Source: Callorhinchus milii (Eukaryota). From it: DNA of 64,000 nucleotides. How positions within the stretch are numbered: the stretch's first letter is position 1; the number at the start of each line of letters is the position of its first letter. Below, in pieces: positions 24,366 to 37,700 of the stretch. Position numbers and translations under genes: made by a program. Location: the NCBI RefSeq assembly GCF_018977255.1, contig NW_024704742.1:23376001-23440000 (forward strand). The letters are read 5' to 3'. The notes beneath the pieces were generated by a model. The model searched no databases, was not told the origin of the DNA, and was given only the letters and a program-made list of their open reading frames with translations.

Positions 24366-26329
24366 GGGCTCTTGTCGGTGCTGGGTTCTGCGAGTCAGGA
24401 GGCGGTGAGCTCCTGTAGCCCCGCAGTTGGGACAGTGGTCCTGAGTGTCTGCTTTTTGGCAGATCTCCAGGCCTCCCGGGCCTGGGATGGTGTCGTCGTC
24501 CTCGCCCCCACCTCCAAATGGGACACCTGGCTTTTGTTAAATAAATAATTTTTTAAAAATTGCATCAATCTAATATGTGTTATTTCCTCATGTTTCGTTT
24601 TTAGCAATAAAGCGAAAAAAATGTAGGTTGGCAGTAAAATGTACCTCAATAGCACCAATCAACTCTCCGCAATTTTCCGCAAAATTTGTTAAATGCCCTG
24701 TAATTTTTGGCAAATATTTCCACAATTTTCAATTGGTAAGTAATTGGGCATAATGCAGCATTAGCAGAGAACTAGTACTAAGTTGACTTCTTGCTCAGTT
24801 GTGGTAAGAAATGGAATTTAAAGGAGAAAAAGAAAAATATAGCCTAAAGCAGAGAATATTTTCTCTGAGGATGCTGTGGATATTTTCTATAATTGACGGA
24901 AAGCCACAATTTCAAATACCGTTGTATAGTAAAACATCAATCCAACAAAATCTTTTCTAACTGTTCTTAATAGCAAAGTTAAGATAGAAGTCAATCTAAA
25001 TAAAATAATTTCGTTGATGAAGACTATGTTGCTGCTTCTCACGAGTTTAAATCATCAGGCTTGATCGTAGCTTAATAGTTAATAAGCGTTTTGAGTCAAT
25101 TAAAAATGCTTAGCTTAATATTTTCAATTTGAAAGCTTTGTGAGAGCAGAAAGCCTGATGAAGGATCTTGCCCCCACCATTTGGTCGTGGTCTTGTATTA
25201 AAGTTTCCGGAAAGTACTTTTTAAAAAAAAATCTGAATAATTTGGCAAAGCAGCAAAATAGGACAAAGTAATAATTGTAAATATATAGTAAGAGATTAGA
25301 CACAAGGGACTGAATTGCCTCTATGTGGCAATTTTTGGTTAAAAGAAATAATTTATGATAGCATAATGTACATCATAACCATACTTAATTAAACTGCTCC
25401 ATTTCCTCCTATTTTTCTTCAAAGCCACTCACTTCCATATGAGTGAGGAGCTAGACCACCACATCAGCAGGATACACTCTTCTAAACTTCAACAGTTAAT
25501 ATTTAATAATGTCTGAGTGTTAGTCAACACAACAGTGTTAAATGCATCAGCTGAAAGGAGGTGCACTTCAATGGAATGATGCCGATGAAATGTCAGCTTT
25601 CCTCCCTCAGGAACATGGTTAAGAACTGTCAAAGCATCTCTTCTCTTCTAACCAGTGAGTTGATGCAACTGCCTTTAACAGAGTATGAGCTCACCCACAT
25701 TTACACAAAAGTGCTTTACATTTTTGTTAAATTATGGGCAGAATTTTTTCAAATTCAACGCAATATTTTGTGTTTTAATTGTTTGAAAAGAGTGGCAGAT
25801 TTAATCTTGAAAGGAAAAAGGATTCAGCAGGCAATTTATTCAAATGAAAATGCCAATGGAGACTTTGAGGAAATGGTTATGCAGAGTGCACAGATACAGA
25901 CTGAATATGGAGCAACCATGAAGGAGAGTAAAGCAGAAAGGAGAAGATCCTTCTACTCCTCAAATGGAAGTTATGAGCACTGTTATGCTTTAAACAAGAA
26001 ATAGAAGGAAAAACAGGCCTTCTTTTCCCAGAAGTGGAAATAGCAGTGGAAATTGAACTATTTTTGGACATCCTTATAATATAATATTTCTTACGGCCAT
26101 TTCTTCCATCCCCCTCCCTTATTTTACAAAATATACTGGCTGATTGCTTTCAGAACTAATCAGAACATCAGCTAAATTCAATTCAGATTGAATTTTGCAG
26201 CAGTAATACACAATGGTTTTGAACCTTTCTTACATACTTTACGCTCACGCTTGTGTCTAATTCCAACCATTCTTAGCCCATCATTTACATAGATCATCAT
26301 TTGTAATAGAAGCTTCAGTATTTCTTTAC

Positions 26330-26445
26330 CAGCTACTGTGTTGAGGAACATGAGGTACTCGAAGTTAGATATCTCTCTGCGCTGCCAACGTTGCATCATA
26401 TTGGACGCCTTAAAAAGCTGCCGAGAGTTGGCCAGGGAAATTCGT
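26330..26445 (-). CDS. LRBA: LRBA coding exon, PH-BEACH linker and BEACH start; 116 bp, phase 2 to 1
   Basis: Translates (R)RISLANSRQLFKASNMMQRWQRREISNFEYLMFLNTVA(G). Acceptor ctgcAG, donor GTaaag; partly seen in ORF 26178-26399. Confidence 0.94.
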
Positions 26446-26924
26446 CTGCAGGTCAGAGAATCATAAATAATCCAAACATTCGTTTTTTCTTATTTCTTGA
26501 ACCATAAGCAATAACATAAGGAACATTAATTTGTGTCTTCATTCTTCTAAAGTCATTTTACAGTTTCAAAGATTTAAATAGCAAATTGCAATTCAATTTT
26601 CCAGTAAGCAAATATTAAAGTGAGAGATAAATTATAATTTTGCCTTCTTGTACCTTTTGAACATGGAAAATTAATCACCGTTAGCAAATTGTACACAAAA
26701 TGACACTTCAAAGCAATTAAAGCCAACAAACATTCACTAGACTTACCTTATAGCTACATTTACACACCATCATCAACAGCTTGGAGCAGGATGATCCAAA
26801 TTGAACACGATTGAGCAGCATTCACACTCACCTCTGTCCATGTCCACTTCATGAATCATTAAAACACCAACATGACGTGTGTACTACCTCCCCCCCACTA
26901 TAGAAATGAATTTAAAACAGTTCT

Positions 26925-27010
26925 GTCTGGTGAAAGGTCACACTCAAAATATTAGCCTCTATTTACCTATCAAATACTGATTCAACATTGTGCATTTCCT
27001 GGTTTTATGT
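26925..27010 (+). mobile_element. Possible Penelope-like 3' fragment
   Basis: tctggtgaaaggtcacactcaaaatattagcctct...gcatttcctggtttt resembles the recurrent TCTGATGAAAGGTC..AAACGTTAACTCT Penelope motif; heavily degraded. Confidence 0.35.
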
Positions 27011-27860
27011 CAAATGAAAACGATACTGGACTTTTTCGATCAAGCTGATACAAATCTCCCAATTTGGTTACTTGAAATCCACTAGTAAGAGTTCAAAGCT
27101 TTTACTCAGAGCCAAGGCCCGAGCCTAATTTGCTCTGAAAGTTTCATTGATAATCAGCTGCAAATTCACAACAAATGTGAAGCTATAGTGTAAATGAACC
27201 AGATGAAACAATACAACTAGAAAATCACTGAACATTTCCATGGTTTTAATTATTCTGGTTAACTTTCTCCAACACAATTTTAATAGTCTCTCCCATGGCA
27301 TCTGAAAATATTCAACACAAACAGAATGGGGCCTGAGAAAAATTATAGTTGACAGCAACTGGATATTGTCATATGGCATGATTCGCATTCTTCTTAACTT
27401 TAGAAAGGCAGTTTGCTCAGTTTCACAGCTGCACTAGTTCAATTAGTTCAACAAGGCCAAGCTGACACATTGCAGTGCCATTTTAGCATTGATTTATGGA
27501 TTTGGCATTAATACAATGTATGAAAAAATAAATGCACGGTGCATTTTAATGAATGAAACATGTTTTTTTTTTAGAAAAGCAACAAAAACAACGCCAGTTT
27601 GGGGTTTTGTGTTCTCAGTTCCTTTTTGGGAGTAGCAAAGTAGGAACACACAGAATATCCTGGTTATGAACTTTTACAGACTGAAGAGCTGAACTCAAAT
27701 TTCATTCTGCAGCTAAAAGAAAGCAATGATCCAACTCATTGCTCCACATTTGCCAAAAAAATATGTAAACGATGTGAAAACAAAAATTGAAACATAAGTT
27801 GTAGTTGGAGACAACTGGAACACAGAGTAAATATGCATTCAGAACAATACAGCTGCTTAC

Positions 27861-27963
27861 CTGGTTTGGGGTAGCCCAAAACCTGTGCCGACTCCAACAC
27901 GGGGTAAACAGTGAACAACTTTCTTTACTGTCGCTGTGTCTGGGAAGTTGAACATGACAGCAG
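27861..27963 (-). CDS. LRBA: LRBA coding exon, PH domain C-terminus; 103 bp, phase 1 to 2
   Basis: Translates (T)AVMFNFPDTATVKKVVHCLPRVGVGTGFGLPQT(R). Acceptor tttctttggcAG, donor GTaagc. Confidence 0.94.
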
Positions 27964-29466
27964 CTGCCAAAGAAACAAACAATAAAAGAACATTTTTTAA
28001 CATGACATCACCTCCTGTGATTTATATTGTATTTTTTGTTTAATAGAACATCTCTTTGCAATTAGATATATAACAGATGCAGAATTGCAAGCCCCTTTGT
28101 CTACACATAAATCACAGTTTTCAATGGGCAACGGGTTATTTCCGTTTCTCTGCTGAAATCCATTCCCAAAAAAGATTTCCTGCTGCAAACACATCCACGG
28201 AATTAAACAAACTTTGCTGCATGGATATCATCACAAAGCTGGAATTGTCTATAGTTTGATGATTCTGTGGAAGAATGTGTCACAGTTTTAACTCTTGCTC
28301 GGTCAACAGATTTATCATCATTTCTTAAATGGAGAGTTTGGTTACAAATGTTTCATTTTGGATGTCTTCCAGCCTATCATGCTTGGTGTGATATTAGTGC
28401 AACACAAGCATATTCTTATTGTTACTTGCATTTAGCTTAAAAACTCAAATCTGAGCAGGTAAGGAACAAAAACATGGTCTGTGAAACAATATTAAATAGA
28501 CTATAGGAAGTGATTAGTAGCATATATGTGCCAATGATTCGTTTTGCTATCTTGAAGTTCATAAACAGAAGCCCAATTCCTTGTTAAAAAAATCTAATCT
28601 TGATAATGCATTTTGTACAGTTTCACATACTCCATTTGCCTTATGAATAACCATATTACAAAGAGACAACTCTGCTGGTTACAATTATTATAGGAGACAG
28701 GAGAAGCAAATTGAAGCATCGTATCCAAAGCAAAAATTACTGAAAAATGTTGATATACGTACAATAGTGTAATGACATATAACAATGTATAATAATTAAC
28801 AATAACTTATACCACCTTTCACATAAAATAAATTGTTCAAAGTGTTATAGAATAAAATTGTAAGAAATGAAAATGAATATTATATGGTCAAACATGATAG
28901 CTAATCTGCAACAGCACAGAAACCATAGAAATCTACAGCATAGAAAGTGTCTATTCAGCCTATAGTGTTAGGAATGTTTCTCTGAAAGAGCAATTTCCCA
29001 TAAAAAAATCAGATGAGTATTCAATTTATTTGCTTTTGGGAGTAAATTTGAATAAGGATGGTATAGAAGGCAGCTACATGGAAGAAAGACTTATCTCTGA
29101 AATATCAATGGGTGGGCAGTCCCTTTAAATCCACCTGAACCACAAGGCAGATGGAACCTAAATTAATAACAATCAATAAATGAAATGATCTGGAAACAGA
29201 CACAGCATCTACATATTGTAGCTTGGCTAAAAATATTAAGTTGCTTCTTCCATGGAAAAGATGATTTGCTGCACAGTTACAATTTGCTTCACGCGAACAT
29301 AGTATCCACATAACATTTTAAATTTCTCCAAGAGTTCTGTAAACCCAGCTTATAATGTATAAATGTCATAATTCCTTTATATATTATGAACACTTCAGGT
29401 GAAGTGGACCAACCGAAAAAGCATCAATGCACGCAATCTATCAAGATCTTTTTGCGCTGGACTTAC

Positions 29467-29584
29467 TTCGATTGGCAATAAAAATTTCCAGTGCAGTGTT
29501 TTGCAGCAGATAGCGTCTGGAGAAGACAGCACGGATTTCGCTGAATAGCCATTTCCCGTGAAGTCCCTCTGTATATGCCAAAAT
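29467..29584 (-). CDS. LRBA: LRBA coding exon, PH domain; 118 bp, phase 0 to 1
   Basis: Translates [39 protein letters not shown]. Acceptor ttttgttcctAG, donor GTaagt. Confidence 0.95.
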
Positions 29585-29704
29585 CTAGGAACAAAAATGA
29601 AAACAAATTGTTAGTCCAGTAAGGGACAAAAGACATACAAAATTATTCTGTTTTGAACTCTTTTCTTATTACTATTTAAAAGCAATAAATAGTTTAATAA
29701 ATAA

Positions 29705-29821
29705 TTCACCCACAAAATATACAGTTAATTCACTAAAGTATATTCTGTGAAGCGCTTTGAGACGTTTCAACGACGTGATCAGGGGCTATATCCAATGCAA
29801 GGATTATTATATAATTATTAT
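29705..29821 (+). mobile_element. SINE 3' tail fragment
   Basis: ttcacccacaaaatatacagttaattcact...tgtgaagcgctttgagacgtttcaacgacgtga...aatgcaaggattattat. Confidence 0.85.
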
Positions 29822-31696
29822 AAAAGCACAGTCTAACAGATTTATGAATCTACGGAAGGAAATTTTTTTGGAAAATATACAGATTGGCTGATAGGCCTTC
29901 CTTGGAAACACATATGAAACGTACTAACCACTGTCAAACTGGCATGTTGAGATACAAACCACAAACTTCAAAAAACTCACAAACTAAGTTACTCTGGCCG
30001 AAATAGTATACCCGTACTGTTGCAGAGGATATGTAACATTTGTATTAAATATTTTACTGGGCTGATTCTACAATGAGTCTAAAATTACAGGGTGATGAAG
30101 TCATTAAATTCTTTATAAGTCAATGCCCTGGTCCCATATATGGCAGAAAAGTAACATTACAATTACTAATTAAAAGTAGAAATACTTTCTCAGTACCCAA
30201 AGGGATACTCGGATTCATCTATACCATTGAGGCTGCTTGTACATGCAATATTTCAGAACTAATATCTATACTTTATGGGTCAACTAATGCAAAATAAAAA
30301 CAGCTCAGGGGCAGTTATATTGCTTTCAGTAGCGTACAAGATTCCAACCCAGAAACAAAATGAACAACAGCTGAATATATATTAAAACATCCAATGTTTC
30401 CAGTAATACTAGTACCAGATTGGCTCACTATAATGTACATGGATTACCACCAAGATTTGAATTCAATGCTTAATTTCTTATTGTAAAGAAATGCAGCTGA
30501 TAGTTTTAAAGCTTTAACCAGCTTCACTTTTAACATTTAGTCTTTCAAAATGGCGCCTTCTCTTTTAAGTAAAAGCTTCTAAAATGCTTTTTTCTTTATA
30601 AAAAAAACTCTTGGAGGAATGAAAGAGAATAAGTTCTTAAACCGATCAAAACCTTTTAATCCCATATACAGAAACGTTCAAAGCAATACATTGCCTATGT
30701 AAAAGGTTAAGTATCATTTTGTCAGCTAAACCTAAACAAAAAACTGCAAATGAACTCGGTATAATCTCTCCATGGAATTAGTGGTTGTCAGAGTAACTTG
30801 TTACAATGCCTGTCATCTCATCTGACAGACACAGATGCTTAGTCTGCCTTCACAATTCAAACTAATCCTATCCTTAGCCTGAAACCACTTTGTGTCTTTG
30901 TTGCTCCAGTTTTGCCTTTTATTTTAAAGCCTAATTATGAAGGTGTTAAGGGACAACCGGATTGGGCCACTTTTCTGCCACTGTGTAGAAGGGAGCATTA
31001 ATCAAAAATATTCAAATCGGACTAACAGGAGAAGAAGGCTCATGATAAGAGTTTCTTAAAGTACTCATTAAAACAAGGTGACAGTAGTGAGGAGCAGCTG
31101 AGGCCTGGCTAAGCAAGTCTGATTCCTCTCTGGAATAGTATCTGCCTGATCTGCAGCTTCAGATCAAAGTCTCTGGAGTTCAATTAAAACTGGATTAGGT
31201 AGAAGCAGCCCATCGTCGGGACTTTCTGGTCTCTGGCACTCTCTCACTGACAGTACCCCAGATGACGGCCTCTGCCTCCACTGAACCAGTTGCCATAGAA
31301 ACTGCATCACTGCCTTAGCTCTGCAATGGCATGTATAAGATAACCGTTTGAAAGGTGCAGCAAAGGGAAACATTTTTCCTGCAACTTTTTTCGAGCTTTC
31401 AAATGAGCGTGTGCATGCTTTTATCTACGAGAATTACCTTGGTGAGATGACAGACTGCTTGCATGGCTTTACTCAACTGAAGCTGAACAATAAAATACAC
31501 ATCAGTGCAAACTGCTAAAAGTAATAAATAAAAGTTGCTGATTTTCCTCAGATAGAATTCCTTTACAAGGCATTCCTCAACTGGCCAAAGCTTCTCAAAG
31601 TTTAAGGATTTTTAATTCAATCTAATTCCCTCCACCCCCCAACACACAAACACAAATGAGCAGTTAAGCATCTTAAGCCTCAAACTTTTCTTATGA

Positions 31697-31765
31697 ATAA
31701 TAATCATAATCCTTGCGTTATACATAGCACCTTATCACACCTTCAAGACGTCTCAAAGCGCTTTA
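31697..31765 (-). mobile_element. SINE 3' tail fragment
   Basis: aataatcataatccttgcg..atagcaccttatcac..gacgtctcaaagcgctt. Confidence 0.7.
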
Positions 31766-34700
31766 AGTAGAATTAAGTAGGAAGTTGAAACTTTTCATAA
31801 TGTTGGGAGGAAAATGTGGAGGAATTTGAAGTTTTTTTTAAAAGGAATACTAACTACCTTTTACGAAGTCGGACCAAGAAAAGAAATTGTTTCCCCATTG
31901 AATCCAAAATTGTACTAACTGTTCGCAAAACACATTCCAAAGTTCAAAAGTTAATCAAAGGAAGGTCAGGTATGAAGAAGAAAAACACCTTCTTTGAAAC
32001 ATTTTCTGAGTTTAAGTAAGGTTAAATGAAAAAACATACATGTCGGTAAATAATGTATTAAGCAACTTATAAATTATTTTAGTTATAGATATGCATTTCC
32101 TGACTCCACTTTACATCCATGCTCTAACAATCTACTACTTAGGGACGTGCCAATAAACAGCCAGATATGTATCCTCTGAGGATAATCAACCACTAAGTAG
32201 TTTATTCAGCCTTTTCCCCTCCTCTTCCCCCATCCTGAAGAAAAGACTCCAAAAGCATTTGTGAGCTATATACTCTCCTGGTAGAATTGGCATGCTGTGT
32301 CAGACCAATTAAATACCATGAGTTTTACAGATGGTATGATACAAATTATCAATTAGTGAAATATGTTGCACAATAAAAATAGCAATTAAAGTAGAATAAC
32401 ATAAAGAAAATCTATATTGCCAATACTTCTGGCATATGGAAAGATATCTTGGGTCTCAGCTTCCATTGAAAGTACTGTAGTAAAATCTCTTTGGCATTTT
32501 GAGTTATAAAGTGGGTCTGTGGAAAATGAGTTAATAACTCCCTGGGCACAGCTTAAGGGCTAAATATTCACAGCAAATTTATAATTAGGCTACAAACTCA
32601 ATTTATCAGAGTAATTATTTTAATTTACTCCCATTGTTCCAGACAGTTCAATGACAGAATTTTTTCAAAAAAATTAAAAGCACGATGACCTATTTTCTCA
32701 TTACTCAACCACTTTTTTTTAAAAACAAAAATCGTATGTTTTCTCTTTCAATTACTGCTAGAGATGATAAACCAGCAAAAAATGATATATCAAGTCATTT
32801 TATCTTATCGCTTAGAGGCCCAGTGACAATGAAGTTCATATTTCACTGGTTTCATTGAAGATTGTGAAAATTACTTGCCCCTTTGACCTCAAATTTCACT
32901 CTAAGACAGAAATTTCTCTTCTGTAAAGTAATGCAATTTTTCAGGTGTCAACCTTTAGCCCAGCTTTAAAAATTAATTTCATTTATATTAACCACGATAT
33001 TGATATTTTCACGGGCTCCCTTAAGAACACCCTTTGATACATGAAGCACTGACTGGCAAATTGATGTCTCTAGAACGACCAAAACTATTTTATTCAGTGC
33101 TGCTACAGCAAACAGATTTATGACAGTCTGAAATTCTTATTTTGTAATGTAATATTTGTACTGGACGGATGCACCTCAGAGCCCCAGGCCCGTAAATAAT
33201 TTAAGACGCTGCTAGCTGGGACTTCCCTCTTTGCGATGCACTTCCATTTGAAACCCTGTTTAGAGGAAAATAGCCTCAAGAAGTGACTGCCACAAGAGCT
33301 GCACTTTATTTGCATTTCTATGAGGAAAGGAAGCTGATAAGGTTTGTCAGACAAGGTAGCAGGGCCTATACAAATGAAGTTTAGATAAGTATGCAAGTCC
33401 CTCCAGAGTTACCTTCCAAAGGATCTCTTAAATCTAAAATACTGTCATCTCATCTCCCTGTTGGATTTTGATTGATTGCACCTCTTCCTTATGTTCATTA
33501 ATCTCATCACCTTATCTTTTATACCACTTCATTTTACTAGAAAGGTAATAATAAAACCCTCATCCATTATCCTTTTACTGATCTATTCATGCGGAAATGG
33601 TTAATAACATGTTACAAATTGAGCTTCAATCACCTAATTTTCTCTTTTGTCAAAGGCACATTAGCCCAAAACCAAAAAACCAATTTGTTTCATGAGGGTG
33701 AAGATTATCGATGGTGACATTTGAAGTGAGCATTTCCATAGCTGCTTATTAAAATCATCCAAGTGCTATTGTATCTGTTGATATCAAAACACAAGCTTAG
33801 GCCAGTTTATTGCAAGACAGTAATCTTGTCATCTCCCAAAATCTTCAGTATTACTAAACAAACAGTGCTGTGGAATCTATCTTGCAGCCTTTGTGAATTT
33901 ATCACCCATGTTAAATGATTAGCAAAAGTGAATAGTATTGTACCACCAACATTTAACAATGCCGGATAAATCAAAACTGTTTCTATTGTTAATCCAGCAG
34001 AAGGTTGTAAGGACAGGTGGAGTTCATATTTTGTTTTAAAAAAAGTATTATCCAGTAGAATCATTTTAAGATGAAAAGACTGCTTTCATTAGTCCTCCAG
34101 GCAAATAAAATAAAGTACAGTATTCTGTCTTATTTTGTAAAAAGTTACAAAAGTAGATCTGAATGCAAGTTATAACAACTGGTGGAGACTGGTCAAGAAC
34201 ATGCAAGTATAATGAGAAGATTGCTTGGGATTTAGAGAAGCTTTTGACTGCTGAACATTTGCATTTTGAAACTCAAATGTTCTGTGCCCTTTTAAGCTGC
34301 TCTGCACAAAACATCAATACATACAGTGAAGGCTCAAGAGACTCTGACAGTTGTAGAAATAACAAAATGCACGAGGCAAGACGTTTTCACAATTTGCCAT
34401 CTTCAGAGCGTTGAACAGATAATTGGTCAGAAGGTTAAACAATATTGGTACATGCTGCTTCATTACATACAACAGTCTTTCACTCATTATGCCACATTTT
34501 TATAAAGCAAAGAACTCCAGTGTTACAGATCAGTGGCTTGGTGCTGAAGTAGCTGCATCTTTATCTACTACTGGAGCCTAGCCTCTCTGTACTCCATATG
34601 CATTTCTTTACAATCAGGGATGTCATTTCCCATCAGCAAATGAGTTCATCAATTTAATGAGCGTTCACACAAATCTGGCTTTTAATGAGAGCACGTACCA

Positions 34701-37700
34701 TTGTGACATGGGATCTGCCCCAGTGCTGCCAAAACGCACTTGATGAAACTGTGACACAATTTCCGCAATACATTTCTTTGTACGTTTCCTCCATCCAATT
34801 AATTCACCATAAATTGTTCTTACAATCAAGTTGTTTTTGCACAAGGTAGTGGTTTAATAACAGGAATACATCAGTGCTCCAGGTTAAGGGATATACAATA
34901 TCAGCAGAGCTGCAATGCTAAACAAACAATGGAAACCTCAAAATTCAATTTCTCACATCAAATGTTTTAAATTACTAAATCAGATCTCATGAGGGTATAG
35001 TGCTTAAAACTTAAATTCTGACAATTTCAAAGAACAATTGATAACCAACTCACAGGAAGATAGCAGTGAGCACAGTAACAAAATCTGTTTATAAACCTTA
35101 ACATGTAGAAATTAAAATGATTCAGATGTAGTAAAATTATATTCTGTAAATTATATTCAAATCTTATCTGAACTATTTTCTAATTTCCAGGAAAATGATA
35201 TGTTGGCCATTACTTCAAGCTGCTGTGTCTGCATCAAATTTTTACAGCAGCGATTTCTGTTAAACTTTGTGTCTTTGCTGATGTGACTAAAAGAGGCTGG
35301 TAGATGGTTTCATTTCTGCAACTTCATTTCTATGCTGTTTTTTTTCTAATCAAGCATTTTGCAAACCTTTCTGAAGTAAAAACAAAATCTTTTGGGATTT
35401 CTTTGGTAAAAGTGTAATTTGCAGAGCCAATAAAGACAGTGTGCTGCATATCGAGAATAGGTTGTGAGGATTTACCAGGGAATCAAAACTAAAAAGGTTA
35501 AAATCTATATTAGAAGGTAATGGATGACTGCTAGAAACTCTGAATACTGCACTATGAGTAAAGAGACGCTTAAAAAAAACTAACTATAGATTTTGCTGAC
35601 CATTCAACTCCCTCTCAATAAAATTCCCCTACATCTCTGTCAACCAATTAGCCTTTGATAAATCTTCTAAATCTTGTGTTTATTCAATGCACAATAAAAA
35701 AAAACTAGGAGCTTCATATATGCAAGACAGCACAGAAGCTGGCATGTGTTGATGGCACAGCAAGAGGGTCAGATGACGTTATTAAACAGGATAGTCAACG
35801 AATGAATAGTTTATCAATGTGGTCTGAAACACAAATGAATTACATTCTTGAAACACATTTTAACCTGTATTATTCTCCATATATAGACAGAAGCCATGCA
35901 GCAGTTTATTCAGCTTCAGGGTTGTTTTTACTTGGTGGCAGTGTGGACAATGTTTGCCACCGGACTCCCATAAGTGAATTCTGTAATTCAATCCTACCAC
36001 AAGGTGAGCTGCAGTAATATTGAATTTTTTATTTCACTAAATGTTCTAACATACACACACACACAGTATATGCAATCCTCCTATAAGATTACTGGAATGC
36101 ATTGTAGAGTTCAGCACATTCATAGCCTGCTTGAGGAGACTGATAAGATCTGAACGGTTCTGTGTATTACACAGAGAAGAAGCGATGGATGGAAACGTGA
36201 TACAAGACTAACATTTTCAGGCAGTTTCGATGATGTACATCACAAGAGCAAAGCTTGAGCAGTTTTGTACAGACTGGTAAACATCATCTTTTTGTAATAA
36301 TAATTTATACAGATGCTATTTCTCAATGTTAACATCTGAGTTTCACCCAGTTGTAACTCCGATTACCAAAATCAAGTTTTATAAATGAAACTCACCAAAA
36401 TAGAGTATATTTTTGCATTGTATGGAAGATTTTAGCCCTTACTCTACACAAGCTGACAGCATCTGTGAAACAATGAGACCAGAGGCTCTCAATTGCATTG
36501 CCTGCCTGAAAGCTGGCAGAGCTCTGTGTATGCACAAATACTACCACCGTGCAATACTTACCAGCCTACAACCCCAGAAAACTGACTCAATTGGTAGATT
36601 CCTAAAATTTGATTTGCATCGTTTCTAAGGATCTGTTATCCTACATTTTTGGGAACAGTGCGATAAGACACCTTTTTTCCCTTTATTCTTTCCATTCTAA
36701 TGCAAATAATGCTTTTGAAAATTTGCAGATGTTAAATAACTATCTAATATTTCTCTCATGGTTTTATATGCCCCACCTAACTAACATATGTTACAATTGT
36801 TGTTTTAAAAATACAATAGGGTTAATACATTGGTAAGAGCAGATCATGTTCAAAGTAATTCTGGTCTCCATTTGTTTACAATTTATACCTGATTATACAG
36901 ACCAGAAAAGGGGGGCAGCAGAGCATGGATCTGGTATTTTTCATTGCAACTGTAGCATTAATAGAGTATTGTGTAATTGCACACTTTCAAGTTCTGTATG
37001 TCTGAAATAAAACCTCCCAGATTTTTTTTTAGCAGATTACACATTTTACGCTGTATGCTTGCAGTTTGGCCCCTAGGCCTCGAAAAATACTTCTGTGGCT
37101 TTTTTTTAAAAAATGCCTGAGTGAGCTTGGGGTTAATTGGAAGAGAAGTGAAGCCTTTAATGCATCAACTCATTAAACATTAAGCCCAGCACACTCCATT
37201 GTGTTGTGAAAAGACAAAGGGGCTCTTGAGAGACCCAAGCAATAATAAGGTTGCAAATAGCTGAAAATAATGGCTACCAATTGTTTTGTAAACTGGATGG
37301 GGTTTCTTTTATTTGTTAAAATGTTAGCTGAGTGGAAAGACAGTCAAACCTGTTTGAATAGTTTACCTAAGTAAGTCATTTTAATTGTGCTATGCACATT
37401 TTTTAAAAAAACATAAGAAAAGTTCCCACGGATACCATAATGATTATTAGAGGGTTTTCCTGAGCTCATTTTGAACTTTCGGATTCAAGCAGTTTTAACC
37501 TTTTGGGTTGTGGGGCAACACTGGTCAATTATGGATAAATTGGAATAAAAGAGGGATAAAGGTACCATAAATGAGGAGATGACGACCGTGAAATTTGTAA
37601 GACATACGCAAATTGGGTTATCTTATGCTGGCCTTAACCTTGTGATCTGTGCTATAATCACCACTTCACAATCCCAGGAAATTCACTAATATTACAGAAT

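Noticed and set aside
24121..24408. Cys/Val/Ser-rich ORFs
   Set aside because: Translation of (GT)n/(CT)n microsatellite.
25561..26004. 147-aa plus-strand ORF inside an LRBA intron
   Set aside because: Non-ATG start and no recognisable domain. The 3' part only faintly resembles a decayed transposon Myb-like relic, too weak to call.
26178..26399. 73-aa ORF starting MMQRWQRREIS as a standalone gene
   Set aside because: Only 26330-26399 is coding (internal exon); the rest is intron read-through past the GT donor.
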